Origin: Octopus vulgaris
Taxonomy: Eukaryota
Reading direction: 5' to 3'
Assembly (NCBI GenBank): GCA_951406725.2
Contig: OX597833.1
Span: forward strand, 60,698,001-60,762,000
Length of the DNA: 64,000 nucleotides
In this document: positions 11,480 through 24,186 of the stretch, piece after piece
How the letters are laid out: each line of letters begins with the position of its first letter
Numbering within the stretch: the first letter of the stretch is position 1
Position numbers and translations under genes: made by a program
The notes under the pieces: generated by a model
The model's input: only the letters and a program-made list of their open reading frames with translations
Databases searched by the model: none
What the model was told of the DNA's origin: nothing

Positions 11480-12125
11480 GCATTTATTATATTTATATTT
11501 ACACTACATTTTAATAGTAAAAATTTCAAATTATTAAAAAGAAAGAAAAAAATTATAGCTATACTATATTTTAACTGGTAGTTATTTTATTCACCCCGAA
11601 GGGGTGAAAGGCAAAGTTTGATTTCAGCAGAACTTGAAACTGGGAAAGGTGCTGAGGATTCCGCCAGTTCACTGCCTTTTTGTTAATGATAATTCCAAAA
11701 GTTATTTTAAAAAAAATTTAAACTACAGAACTTTTTAAAAGCAATAATTTCAAAATTTATAAACAAAAAAAAAAATGATTACAGCTATACTACATTTTAC
11801 TAATAACTTTAAATTTATAAAAAAATTTATAGCTGCACTATATTTTAATAATAATAACAGCAGTGGTGTCCCAGCATGGCTGCAGCCTTCGGGCTAAAAC
11901 ATTTTAAAGGATTTTTAAGGATTTAAGGATTTTAAATTTATTTTTAAAAAAATTTTATAGCTGCACTACATTTTAATAATAATAACCATTTTAAATTTAA
12001 TAAAAAAAAAATTTTAGTGATGCTATACTTTAATCATGATTTCAAAATTAATGAAAAAAGAATTATAGCTACACTAAATTTTAATAAAAAGAATTTCAAA
12101 ATTTATAAAAGAAATTTAACTACAG
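11480..12125. repeat. Diverged AT-rich minisatellite (~55-65-bp unit with ATAGCTACACTACATTTTAATAA)
   Basis: Motif recurs about 8 times, interrupted by SINE fragments. Confidence 0.55.
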
Positions 12126-12834
12126 ATAATGGTTCAAGGAATGTAAGTTAGGACATGGTTGTGATTTACAAATTAAATATTTTTCTATAACTGCTGATGC
12201 AATCACATAAAGGGCCTCACAGCACTCCCTTGCCTCAGTCAAAGCGGCTGGCTAAAGGTACCAAGTTACTTTATATAGTCTAGCACTTCACAGTAAGGAT
12301 GTCTCCAGCTGTGAGATACACTTGCACTAAAAATATTTAATTTACAAAACAAAAAAACTGCCCAACTTATATTTGGAGTAGAAAATGGTTGTTAAAATGG
12401 TGAAATAAAATAGAATTTAAAAAATTTAAAAATTAATTAAAAAGACAAACAAAAAAGACCAAAGATATTCAATACAATCTGTGTATGTATGTGGCTGCGA
12501 ATTTGTGTGTGTATGTGAACCTGGCTATGTATATGTGTAAGTGTGCCTGTGTGTCTATGTGAGTGAGCCTGTGTGTGTTAAGTAATTCACTTGTCTAACA
12601 CAGACATATGTAGTGCAAGTTGAAAAACATTAAATTTTAACAACTAAGCACCTACCTTTTTTTTTTCCTTACATATAATCTCAGCTTTCAGTAATATTTA
12701 TCCCAGAACAGGAAATAATTTTTAATATGTCAGTATCAATATATAGCTGGAGTTATCAAAATACCTGATTTAAAATGCTCATCTTTGAAAAGTTAGTATG
12801 TAACTTCGAATACCATGAACAGTGAAACATATGA

Positions 12835-12840
12835 TTTATT
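12835..12840 (-). terminator. Candidate GPS2 polyadenylation signal
   Basis: Minus-strand AATAAA about 1.85 kb after the stop, with a (TGTA)n run ~100 nt upstream and GU-rich TGTTTCACTGTTCATGGTATT downstream. Other hexamers exist nearby (e.g. ~13027). Confidence 0.4.
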
Positions 12841-13699
12841 CCTTGTTCCATGTTTAAATTTGTTTATAATTATAAAATATTCATTATTTATACTCTACAA
12901 ATTGAACTGCAAATTTATATAATGTTGATCATTCATTCATACATACATACATTCATTACATTACATAACCTACATATCTTCAGAATAAATTAGCTACATT
13001 TAAACATGTCCCTTTTAAAATACAAATTTATTACAAATTATATATTACTAACTTCCTTGCCCTAAATTAGAAATTCAAATCTTAAAAAGGGGTTTGTGAA
13101 AAGTTTTTTAAAATTTCCCTGTCGTACCTTAAAAATCTTGTCCAAATTTTTGTAAGGGAGGAAAAAAAAAAAAAGAAAACTGTCAACTAATGAACTCAAT
13201 ATATTACTGGTACTTATTTACTGATTCAATAGGCTTACAGTAAAGGGTAAAATGGTAAAGACCCCTTCGATCACAAATGACCATGGGATTGGACCTAGAT
13301 ACAAGTCTGGGCGAGGTTCTTTTGTGGAAGAGCAGCAGTCCCCCATGCATACCAGCCTCCCCATCTTCATGCCACCGATGTTGTCCAAAAGAAAAGCAAA
13401 GGCCAATACAACATGGCACCAATGACATCACAACTTATTTTCACAGCCGAGTGAACTGGAGCAATGTGAAAATAAAGTCTTTTGCTCAAGAACACAACAC
13501 ACAGCCCAGTCTAGGAATTGAACTTGCAGCCTCACAGTTGTAAATCTGATGCTCTGACAACTGAGCCATGCACTTTCAGGCTTACAGTACAAGTTCAATA
13601 TATATGTAAGGGTACAAATCCAGTATATTTACCCAAGGTACTGGTCATTCCTGCATAATTTACTCTATCTATGGTACCAACCAATCTAATATATATACC

Positions 13700-13918
13700 T
13701 ATTTCTTTACTACCCACAGAGGAGACAAAGAAGGACAGACAAACGGATTAAGTCGATTACATCGACTCCAGTGCGTAACTGGTACTTATTTAATCGACCC
13801 CAAAAGGATGAAAGGCAAAGTCGACCTCAGCGGAATTTGAACTAAAAACGTAGCGGCAGACGAAATACAGCTAAGCATTTCGCCCGGCGTGCTAACGTTT
13901 CTGCCAGCTCGCCGCCTT
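13700..13918 (-). mobile_element. SINE family 1
   Basis: Reverse complement of the family consensus, flanked by ATATATATACCT on both sides. Confidence 0.8.
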
Positions 13919-13919
13919 A

Positions 13920-14131
13920 TATATATATACCTACAGTATATATACCTAATATATATACCTACAGTACCAGCCAAATATATATACCTACAGTACCAGCCAA
14001 ATATATATACCTACAGTACCAGCCAAATATATATACCTAATATATATACCTACAGTACCAGCCAAATATATATACCTAATATATATACCTACAGTACCAG
14101 CCAAATATATATACCTACAGTACCAGCCAAA
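13920..14131. repeat. Minisatellite of 26-bp TATATATACCTACAGTACCAGCCAAA and 13-bp TATATATACCTAA units
   Basis: Directly visible tandem array that begins in the SINE flank duplication. Confidence 0.85.
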
Positions 14132-14691
14132 TCTAGTCCAGTATGTGTGTGTGTGAAGACCAAATAAATAAGTGATTTCTTACAATGGTAAAATGGAATG
14201 AAAAGCAATCTCCATTATAGTGAAGAATTTCCAGACTAGTACAGTTTTTATATTCCAATAATGATTATCTTCCCTATCTTCATGATGATGAAGAATAATA
14301 AGACTACTACTGTTTTTCATTACAATAATTATTTCCTCTCGTTAATTACAGAGGATTCAATAAGTGGGGCCATGTAGCTACTGACCCCTTTACTGCTGAA
14401 CTTCAGAGAATCTCCTACCTTTCTATTTCTAACCTGTTCACACCTGTACCTACCTTTAAATCCTTATTACCCGCTGCTTTTAATTAACAAGAAGTTATCA
14501 CTTAAACCTGCCATTAATTCGTTTGACGACTTTCAAGCATTTGGGACAGTTTTAATGAAGAATAAAAAAAAAAACTATGATGATGACTCAAAAAAAAAAA
14601 AACATATACAAAACCACAATGGCTGACAAAAATAACAGAAAACAAAAATTACGAAGCAACATCAAGTGTCTCAGTGTTAGATGAAAGCAGT

Positions 14692-14769
14692 TTAATAGAA
14701 ACGATTAGGGGGTTGCTGGGATGTGTATGCCTGTGGACGTCCAGCAGCTTGGTGACCAGAATATGTAGC
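14692..14769 (-). CDS. GPS2: GPS2 coding exon 10 (terminal)
   Basis: ctacttcag|GCT; ATYSGHQAAGRPQAYTSQQPPNRFY*. Matches the human GPS2 end NPRFYHK. Phase 0. Confidence 0.88.
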   Translation of the reverse strand, partial: ATYSGHQAAGRPQAYTSQQPPNRFY

Positions 14770-14877
14770 CTGAAGTAGAGGAGAAAAAACATTAAGAAAT
14801 GAAGGTCCATTTAGTGTATATAAATAACAGATAGAAAAAACAATTGTTTTTCTGTGGGTACAAAAACAGCAAATATA

Positions 14878-15232
14878 TCATCATCATTATCATCGTTTAA
14901 CGTCCGTTCTCCCTGCTAGCATGGGTTGGATGGTTCGACCGGGGATCTGGGAAGCCAGAAGGCTGCACCAGGCTCCAGTCTTATCTGGCAATGTTTCTAC
15001 AGCTGGATGCCCTTCCTAACGCCAACCACTCCGTGAGTGTAGTGGGTGCTTTTTATGTGCCACCGGCACAGGTGCCATGCGAGGCTGGCAACGGCCACGG
15101 TCGGATTGGTGTATTTTATGTGCCACCGGCACGGAAGCCAGTCGAGGTGGCGCTGGCATCGGCCACGAGTCAGATAGTGCTTTTTACGTACCACCAGACC
15201 AGGGATCCTGGCTGGTTCAATTCGATTTCGAT
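14878..15232 (-). mobile_element. RTE 3'-tail repeat, family 3
   Basis: (CAT)n tail followed by the reverse-complemented family consensus with three internal modules. Confidence 0.75.
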
Positions 15233-15314
15233 ATATAGATATATATAAAATCAATTTTAACACCAGTGGTCTAGCATGTAAAAAAACTGAGATTCAGTAA
15301 ATAGTATTTCATAC

Positions 15315-15528
15315 ATAAATATACGAGGGAATTTTTTTAACCACTATGTGGAAACCCTTATGCTAGAAGAAGATCCGCTATGGTCTTCTCCAGAAAGATT
15401 TAGCACACCAGAAATGTAAGCGAGCAAGACAAATGAAGAAAAATTCTTAGTGGTTAAGACCATACCATATCTTCTTCTAGCATAAGGGTCTCCACATAGT
15501 GGTTAAAAAAATTCCCTCTTATATTTAT
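15315..15528. repeat. Fold-back element, ~70-bp arms, adjoining (TA)n
   Basis: 15315-15387 is the near reverse complement of 15456-15528. Confidence 0.75.
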
Positions 15529-16270
15529 ATATATATATACACACACACATATATAAAGGAATACCAAAAATGGGATAAGAAAGCAAAACATCCAGACAGA
15601 TGATGCAAAAAGACAAGGATGGGTCATTCGAAGTTTTCTTTCTTCAGTTGAGTTCCAGATTATCTTTGCAATTCCGGCTGTTATAATTGAGATTGCTCCA
15701 ATCTGGCCAGCCCCAAGGAAAAACTAAGCTAAGAGCACTAGATTCCTTAGAAGAAAACAGCGAATGTATATGAAAACAAGGACAGAAAAAATGGAGAAAT
15801 GGTACACAAACACAAATGCAAATAAAAGACATTAACAACAGGTGTCTTTCGAAGCAAAGCCTTATGGCAGTGACATGGGAGATGACAGGTATAGGGAGGA
15901 ATAGAGATGATGCACGGATGGTAGTCAAACCAAGAAAGAAAGGTTAGGCTTGAGGGGACAAACAAGGACAGACACAGGGATTTAAGTCAATTACATCGAT
16001 CCCAGTGCGTAACTGATACTTAATTTATCGACCCTGAAAGGGTGAAAGGCAAAGTCAACCTTGGCGGAATTTGAACTCAGAACGTAACGGCAGACGAAAT
16101 ACGGCTACGCATTTCATCTGGCATGCTAATGTTTCTGCCAGCTCGCCTGAATGACATACCTGATGGAAAATTACTTTGAATTATTTTTTTTTTAGTAGTG
16201 CAGCATGTCTGATGGTGAGTGATGCCTCATGTGGCCCACCACTTGAAAATTTTTTCCATGACTGCTTTAA

Positions 16271-16491
16271 CCCTTTAGTGTTCAGATTATTCTGTTAAAC
16301 GTAATACTTTTTCACTCAAATTGTTTTGAATTAATCATGCATTATCTTACAACTTTGAGGTTTCAATGATGTGATTGTTTATTTTTAGAATGTCAATGTA
16401 GGTTAGGTGTGAAAGGCTAGATATGGCTAGTTCAAATATAAAACATGTAGAATATATTGGGCCGGATGTAGCTGGTTTAAACTCTAAAGGG
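16271..16491. mobile_element. piggyBac-like MITE (same family as 4989-5434, opposite orientation), 221 bp
   Basis: TTAA|CCCTTTAG ... CTAAAGGG|TTAA. Confidence 0.8.
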
Positions 16492-16650
16492 TTAAAGGAG
16501 TAGCCTATCTCACTAGGTACCCTTACACAGACAACAATCTTCAATTAGATTCTTGTGTAGGTCATTTGACAGTGAGAGCTGTCATTGAATAGCAGACAAT
16601 GATAATATACCAAAGAGATGAGGAAGAATAAAAAAAAAAAAGGAACTTAC

Positions 16651-16740
16651 CTGAGTTGTCACTGGTTGGTAAGAACTGACGGTAGTGTGTTGAGGTTGGG
16701 GCTGAGAACCCCGTCCAGAATAGCCAGTGACTATGCTGCC
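16651..16740 (-). CDS. GPS2: GPS2 coding exon 9
   Basis: ttttcacag|GGC...CAG|gtaagt; GSIVTGYSGRGSQPQPQHTTVSSYQPVTTQ. 90 nt, phase 0-0. Confidence 0.85.
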
Positions 16741-17044
16741 CTGTGAAAAGGATAAAAATAAAATAAGGGTAATTCACCAAATTATCAAACATGTTGTCAT
16801 TCAATGCAACTATTTATACTGTTGTGCAAACTGAGTTGTACATGGCATAATTTAATTCAGATTCTCGTTAGTAAATTTCTACTACTATTCCTCAGCATCT
16901 TGGAAAAAAGAGGTCAATTAATGTCACCAAATTGTTAAATAGTAACCAATTTTGTCAGTTCAATTCTCAGCCCAAGCTGCCCAAAACTCCCTTGTGGTGA
17001 TGGTGGGAGCTTTTCACAGTGACTGCATATTTACATATTTTTTA

Positions 17045-17545
17045 ATACTGAGGCAAGTTAAATCGAAATTGAACCAAATTTGATGACTGGCACCTGTGCC
17101 AGTGGAGCGCTAACAACTCCATTCGAGCGGGATCACTGCCAGAACAGCTTCTGGCTTCCGTGCCAGTGGCATGTAAAAAGTACCATTTGAGCGTGATCGT
17201 TACCTGCATTGCCTTACTGGCACTTGTGCTGGTGGCACGTGAACAAAACATCTGAGCGAGGTCGTTGCCAGTGCCGCTGGACTGACTCCTGTGCAGGTAG
17301 CATGTAAAAAATACCATTTCGAGCGTGGCCGTTGCCAGTATTGCCAGACTGACCCTTGTGCCGGTGACATGTAAAAGCACCCACTACACTCTCAGAGTGG
17401 TTGGCATTAGGAAGGGCATCCAGCTGTAGAAACTCTACCAGATCAGATTGGAGCCTTGTGTAGCCATCTGGTTCGTCAGACCTCAGTCAAATTGTCCAAC
17501 TGATGCTAGCATGGAAAGCAGACATTAAATGATGATGATGATGAA
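17045..17545 (+). mobile_element. RTE 3'-tail repeat, family 3 (five internal modules)
   Basis: Family consensus ending in (TGA)n. Confidence 0.75.
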
Positions 17546-17769
17546 GGAAAAATAACAGCACCCTTGATTCTTTATAGGGTTTTGATGACTGGTGGGAAGA
17601 AGGATGGTTTCAATAACCATTTAAAGGGAACTTGAGACAGAGAAAGAAGGGTAAAAGTTATCTTCAGATTGGAGATCTGATTTGAATGCTTGAAACAGAG
17701 GTGACTTCACCTACTCTGCATGACAGGTATTTTTTGCTTTCGGGTCTATTCTATGACATCTAGGTAGTC

Positions 17770-18220
17770 ATCATCATCGTTTAATGTCCGCTTTCCATGC
17801 TAGCATGGGTTGGACGATTTGACTGAGGTCTGGCAGACCAGATGGCTGCACCAGGCTCCAATCTGATCTGGCAGAGTTTCTACAGCTGGATGCCCTTCCT
17901 AACACCAACCACTCTGAGAGTGTAGTGGGTGCTTTTACATGCCACCAGCATGAGGGCCAGTTAGGTGGAACTGGCAACGGCCACGCTCAAATGGTGCTTT
18001 TTATGTGCCACCTGCACTGGCAACGACCTCACTTGAATGTTTTTTCAAGTGCCATCAGCACAAGTGCCAGTAAGGCGACACAGGTAACGATCACACTTGA
18101 ATGGTGCTTTTTACGTGCCACCGGCATGGAAGCCAGTTTGTTGCTCTGGCAACGATAACACTCAGATGGTATTCTTAGCACTCCACTAGCACGGATGCCA
18201 GTCCTTGAATTTGATTTCGA
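17770..18220 (-). mobile_element. RTE 3'-tail repeat, family 3, inverted relative to 17045-17545
   Basis: Family consensus on the minus strand. Confidence 0.75.
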
Positions 18221-18273
18221 AGATTGGAAAGTGAGATAAATAAAAGCATGGTGAAAAGTGCTAACGGATTTAC

Positions 18274-18363
18274 CTTTGGCTGTGAATTCTGTTGTATCTG
18301 CAGAGGACGGGCCATCAGGGTTTGCTGTTGGCTTGTGATTGGTGTGATTCCTCGTATATGCTG
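18274..18363 (-). CDS. GPS2: GPS2 coding exon 8 (NAGNAG acceptor; may start at 18360)
   Basis: cttgttatag|CAG|CAT...AAG|gtaaat; (Q)HIRGITPITSQQQTLMARPLQIQQNSQPK. Phase 0-0. Confidence 0.85.
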
Positions 18364-18699
18364 CTATAACAAGAATTAATATAAGAAAATGCACAAACAC
18401 ACACACACACTCACTCACAATAAACAGCAGTTATAATATACATGACGTACATATATTAACAAATTAACGAGTTAGCAGAACTGTTGTCTTCTGAAGTAAT
18501 TTATGTTCACTTCAAAGTGTGAAAGATTTTCTGTCAACCACTGAAAGTGAAATTACTTTTGTTCAACTTCTAAATCATAATGAATCCCTAAAGGATCACA
18601 ATATTCAGCAGTCTATGAATGGTGAAGGGTCACATTCTTTTATAATAGAAGAGGAGAAAGATTACTAATCAGAGTTTTCCACAAGTAGACTCATAGTAA

Positions 18700-19332
18700 T
18701 CCTTTCATATTTTAGGACAAGGCCAGCAATTTTATGGGGAGAGGGCAAGTCAAGTACATTGACCCCAGTACTCAACTGGTACTTATTTCATTGACCCAGA
18801 GAGGATGAAAGGCAAAGCTGACCTTAGTGGAACATGAGCTCAGAACACAGAGACAGATGAAATGCCACTAAGCATTTTGTCCCGCATGGTAATGAGTCTA
18901 CTGGCTTGTTGTCTTAAAGTAGATGAATTATAATGGTTTCAAATTTTGGCACAAGGCCAGCAGTTTTGGAGGAGGGGGTTAAGTCAATTACATCAACTTC
19001 AGTGATCAACTGGAATTTATTTTATTGAGCCCAAAGGAAGAAAGGCAAAGTCAACCTTGGTGGAATTTGAACTCAGAACATATGCAGTGTTTGTATTTTT
19101 ATTTACTCATATCTTATTTCTTTATTGCCCACAAGGGGCTAAACACGGACAGACAAACGGATTAAGTCAATTATATCGACCCCAGTGTGTAACTGGTACT
19201 TATTTAATCAACCCCGAAAGGATGAAAGGCAAAGTCAACCTCGGCAGAATTTGAACTCGGAACGTAAAGACAGACGAAATACTGCTAAGCATTTCGCCCG
19301 GCATGCTAACGATTCTGCCAGCTTGCTGCCTT
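18700..19332 (-). mobile_element. Cluster of three SINE family 1 copies or fragments
   Basis: Three successive reverse-strand matches to the CTGGTACTTA..GAAAGGCAAAGTCAACC..GAACTCAGAAC core. Confidence 0.7.
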
Positions 19333-19435
19333 GTAATTATACACATTAATGAGAAACATTAATGTACTGTGCTACAAGTAGTTATATGCATAAATTAGAA
19401 ATAGCTACGAATGTTCTGAGTGCTATATCACTTAC

Positions 19436-19551
19436 CTGTTGAACAGTCTGCATTTTGAATTTCTCATCACTAAATCCAGATTTCTGATTGGCATGTTCTA
19501 ATTGCTGCTGTAGAGGGAGAGCGGAGCTGTGGGCAGTGTTCAGGTAACCAG
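19436..19551 (-). CDS. GPS2: GPS2 coding exon 7
   Basis: tgtctttcag|CT GGT...CAG|gtaagt; GYLNTAHSSALPLQQQLEHANQKSGFSDEKFKMQTVQQ matches human GALSLQKQMEHANQQTGFSD. Phase 1-0. Confidence 0.93.
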
Positions 19552-19850
19552 CTGAAAGACACGCAGAATTTTGTTTTATATATACACCCACCCACACACA
19601 CTTATATATATAAATGTGCATGTGTGTTTATAAATATATATATATATATATATATATCAGAAACATTGTAGAAACATTGCCAGATTAGACTGGAGCCTGG
19701 TGCAGCCTTCTGGCTTCCCAGAACCCCGGTCGAACCGTCCAACCCATGCTAGCATGGAGAACGGACGTTAAGCGACGATGATGATGATGATGATATCAGA
19801 AATATTAACTTTCTAAATATCTCATAGAGATATGTACGGTGGTGGGGTGG

Positions 19851-20147
19851 TAGAGTGGTTGTATACTGTCAACTTAACGTGACAGTAAGGGAATTACACC
19901 ACCGCTGTTTAGCCCTAGGAAGCATCGACGCTTCCTGTTGGCCTCGACACATTTCCTGTGTCCTTATATATTTACGAAGGGGAGACAGCTATTTGCCTAG
20001 CTGTTGGGAGTATTTGTCTCCCCTTCGTAAATATATAAGGACACAAGAAATGTGTCGAGGCCGACAGGAAGCGTCGATGCTTCCTAGGGCTAAACAGCGG
20101 TGGTGTAATTCCCTTTACTGTCACGTTAAATTGACAGTATACAACTA

Positions 20148-20152
<5 letters not shown>
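19851..20152. mobile_element. Near-perfect fold-back of a Penelope-like terminal unit (137-bp arms, 27-nt spacer) ending in (TA)n
   Basis: 19851-19987 is the near reverse complement of 20015-20152. Homologous arms at 55363-55500 and 63185-63326 lie next to hammerhead motifs. Confidence 0.75.
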
Positions 20153-20198
<46 letters not shown>

Positions 20199-20548
20199 CA
20201 TATATATATATATATATACGTGTATGTATGCATGTGCATTTACACACACACATAAAAGTTGATGTTTGTTTGTCATGAAACAATGTCACCATTTCGTAAT
20301 GTGCGTTCCCCAATATTTGCATACAGATTGAAAATCATCCCAACGCAACATACAAAAAAACCCCCCAAATCTGGGGTAGGAGATCTACCCCACTCCCCAA
20401 AGCTGCACAAAAGAAGGATTCAAGAAAAGAGATAGCGAAAGATTGATAACTACAATGAAGTGATAAATTCCCCACTTTCTGTCCTCCACCCCCACCCACC
20501 ACACTTTCTCACCATCTCTCCCTTAGATGATACGGTATATACTGCAAT

Positions 20549-21700
20549 GCTGGAGTTATAAAAATACCTGATTTACAATGCTGACCTTTGAAAAGTTAGT
20601 GTGTAACTTCGAATACCATGAAGAGTGAAACATAATTCATTCCTTGTTCCATGTTTAAATTTGTTTATAATTATAAAATATTCATTATTTATACTCTACA
20701 AATTGAACTGCAAATTTATATAATGTCGATCATCCATTCATACATACATTGCATACATATATTCATTATATACATACATAACATACATACATCACACATA
20801 CATCACATACATACATCACATACATACATTACATACATACATCACATACATACATTACATACATACATCACATACATACATCACATACATACATTACATA
20901 CATACATACATCACATACATACATTACATACATACATCACATACATACATCACATACATGCATCACATACATGCATTACATACATACATCACATACATAC
21001 ATCACATACATACATTACATACATGCATCACATACATACATTAGTGTGTAACTTCGAATACCATGAAGAGTGAAACATAATTCATTCCTTGTTCCATGTT
21101 TAAATTTGTTTATAATTATAAAATATTCATTATTTATACTCTACAAATTGAACTGCAAATTTATATAATGTCGATCATCCATTCATACATACATTGCATA
21201 CATATATTCATTATATACATACATAACATACATACATCACACATACATCACATACATACATCACATACATACATCACATACATACATTACATACATACAT
21301 CACATACATACATTACATACATACATCACATACATACATCACATACATACATTACATACATACATACATACACATACATACATTACATACATACATCACA
21401 TACATACATTACATACATGCATCACATACATACATTACATACATACATTACATACATACATCACATACATACATTACATACATACATACAAACATTAGTA
21501 CATTACATACATTACATACATACATCACATACATACATCACATACATACATTACATACATACATTACATACATACATCACATACATACATCACATACATA
21601 CATTACATACATACATTATATTCATACATACAAACATTAGTACATTACATACATCGCATACATATATTACATGCATGCATTTCATACGTACATTACATAC
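20549..21700. repeat. Duplicated ~200-bp unique segment (copy of 12746-12950) followed by expanded (CATA/CATCA/CATTA)n, tandemly re-duplicated with a 445-bp period
   Basis: 20596 onward equals 21041 onward. The ORF-track artefacts at 20651 and 21096 differ by 445. Confidence 0.85.
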
Positions 21701-22092
21701 ACATAATGTTTATCCATTATGTATCTCAAGTCGACCAGATTGACAGCTTACTCATTGTGGGCACCAAGATATCTTATTAGGCTAAGACTGGTTTAAAATC
21801 TATGGTTACAGTAGAGGCATCTAATAACAGAATCAAGACCCAATGGGTCTCTTGCTTTCCATGTGGTCATCTTATCTTTAGTTTCTCTGATCATTTCTGG
21901 TTCTGAGTGTTGTACTTTAGAGTACACATCACTATGCCACATTGAATGATCTTGAGCAAGACATTCAAAAAGGCGACAGCAAAAGCTCTAAGCTGCACTT
22001 CTTCGAGGCTGTCATGAGAGTGTCTTTGTATCTTCTCTTTTGGTCTGACAATTGACCGAGAGTCAACTGCTAGTTCACCAAATAAGGCTATA

Positions 22093-22146
<54 letters not shown>

Positions 22147-22148
<2 letters not shown>

Positions 22149-22306
22149 CGCAGGAGTGGCTGTGTGGTAAGTAGCTTGCTTACCAACCACATGGTTCCGG
22201 GTTCAGTCCCACTGCGTGGCATCTTGGGCAAGTGTCTTCTACTATAGCCTCGGCCGACCAAAGCCTTGTGAGTGGATTTGGTAGACGGAAACTGAAAGAA
22301 GCCCGT

Positions 22307-22349
<43 letters not shown>

Positions 22350-22553
22350 GTGTTTGTATGTCTGTGTTTGTCCCCCTAGCATTGCTTGACAACCGATGCT
22401 GGTGTGTTTACGCCCCGTCACTTAGCGGTTCGGCAAAAGAGACCGATAGAATAAGTACTGGGCTTACAAAGAATAAGTCCCGGGGTCGATTTGCTCGACT
22501 AAAGGCGGTGCTCCAGCATGGCCACAGTCAAATGACTGAAACAAGTAAAAGAG
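22147..22553 (+). mobile_element. SINE family 2 (CORE-like), full length and young-looking
   Basis: GGCGCAGGAGTGGCTGTGTGG head to GAAACAAGTAAAAGAG tail, CpGs retained, flanked by (TA)n. Confidence 0.85.
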
Positions 22554-22790
22554 AAATATATATATATATATATATAATTATATATATATATATATATATA
22601 CCTTAGTAGCAAAAATCACAGCAGTAAACAGCACGGTTGGAGGTACAACCATATGGTGTTTCAACCGTGCGTTGGTGCGGATATGAAATTAAAACATTTT
22701 GGTGAATTGAGAGAGAGCAGATGAGAAATATATTCTACACGTCGAAAGGCACAAATCAAATCATTTGGATGTGCTTAGAGTGTCTTGAGA

Positions 22791-22832
<42 letters not shown>

Positions 22833-22969
22833 TATAAGAGGTAATGGTGTCAATAAGACCGGAAGGTGTCAGATAATACTTAATAAGTGCTATAGATAGA
22901 GCATACTTAAGCTCCAGGTTCTGTGATTATGCGAATAAGGAGTCCAATGTAGGTCATATATCAGCATGT

Positions 22970-23146
22970 GTATATATCAAAAATCTTTTTTTTCAGAATG
23001 AGATAAAAAAAAAACCCAAGGCTGTGAAGATTTGAGAATATTTATAAATAGAAGGTCGTACAGCCATAAATTTATAAATATTCTAAAATCTTCACAGGCT
23101 TGGTCTTTTTATCTCAATCTGAAAAAAAATTTTTTATATATATATA
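22970..23146. repeat. Fold-back element, ~80-bp arms, (TA)n flanks
   Basis: TTTTTCAGAATGAGATAAAAA..GTGAAGATTT.AGAATATTTATAAAT is mirrored by ATTTATAAATATTCTAAAATCTTCAC..TTTTTATCTCAATCTGAAAAA. Confidence 0.7.
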
Positions 23147-23984
23147 GGCAGCATTGAGGATGAATGAAGCCAGCTCAACCCACTCCGGGTGAATGCTGTC
23201 TCAAGTCAAGTCATACACACACACACACGAGTAGAACTACTTTTATATTTGCAGTATTATATTTGGTGGTTTTATTAGATCCATATGAAGACCAAAGGAA
23301 TAAAAGAGCAGCTGATAAGAGAGAAGGCATAAGGTCATAAAATGCAAGAAGTCAGAGTCAGTCTATGAACACATGGAAAGGGGTGACAAAAAAGACGATG
23401 ATGATACACACATGCAAACATACATAAATATATACACACACTCACCCACACACAACAATGTATATATATTATATTTATATATTTATATAGTGTGGTACAT
23501 AGAACACACACAACAGTGCCAATCAGAAGGCCTGAAATATATGTGACAGCAAAGTATTTGATGAATTTAAAAATGGCAAATTAAATCACTAGAGAGAAGA
23601 ATGAGAACATTCTCCATATAATAGCTTTGATAATAACTACTTTATTTTTACAATAACTGTATGACCATACATGGGGTATTAAACAATATCACACTGTGTC
23701 AGTGTTGACTAGAACTAAGGAGATGAGATAAACAATGATCCTTAATGGTTTGACATTTTAAGTAACAACATTTCAAATATCTTTGAGAAGAAAGGGGAAC
23801 TGGTCAATTATATTGAAACCAAACCCCACTCCCTCCAGTGTTCAGCTGGTACTTATTTCATCAACCACAAAAGTATAAAAGGCAAAGTCGACCTCAGTGG
23901 AATTTGAACTCAGAATGTAAAGACAGAAGAAATACCACCAAGCATTTTGTCTGGTGTGCTAATGATTCTGCCAGTTCACCACTT

Positions 23985-24186
23985 TGATGATGATGATGAT
24001 AATAATGATGATAATATGATAATAATAATGATGATGATGATAATAATAATAATGATAATGATGATGATAATAATGATAATGATGATGATAATAATAATAA
24101 TAATGATAATAAGAGTAATAATAATAATAATGACAATAATAATAATAATAATAATGATAATAATAATAATAATGATGATGATGATG
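23985..24186. repeat. (AAT/GAT)n microsatellite between SINE family 1 copies
   Basis: Direct observation. Similar tracts at 31905-31940, 32064-32195 and 57115-57300. Confidence 0.9.

Noticed and set aside
20651-21743. 140-aa and 215-aa His/Ile/Thr/Tyr-rich ORFs
   Set aside because: Translations of (CATA)n microsatellite, antisense within a GPS2 intron.
23148-23202. SECIS-like hairpin (ATGA...AA...GA)
   Set aside because: The upper stem does not pair, it is intronic and antisense to GPS2, and no selenoprotein is nearby.
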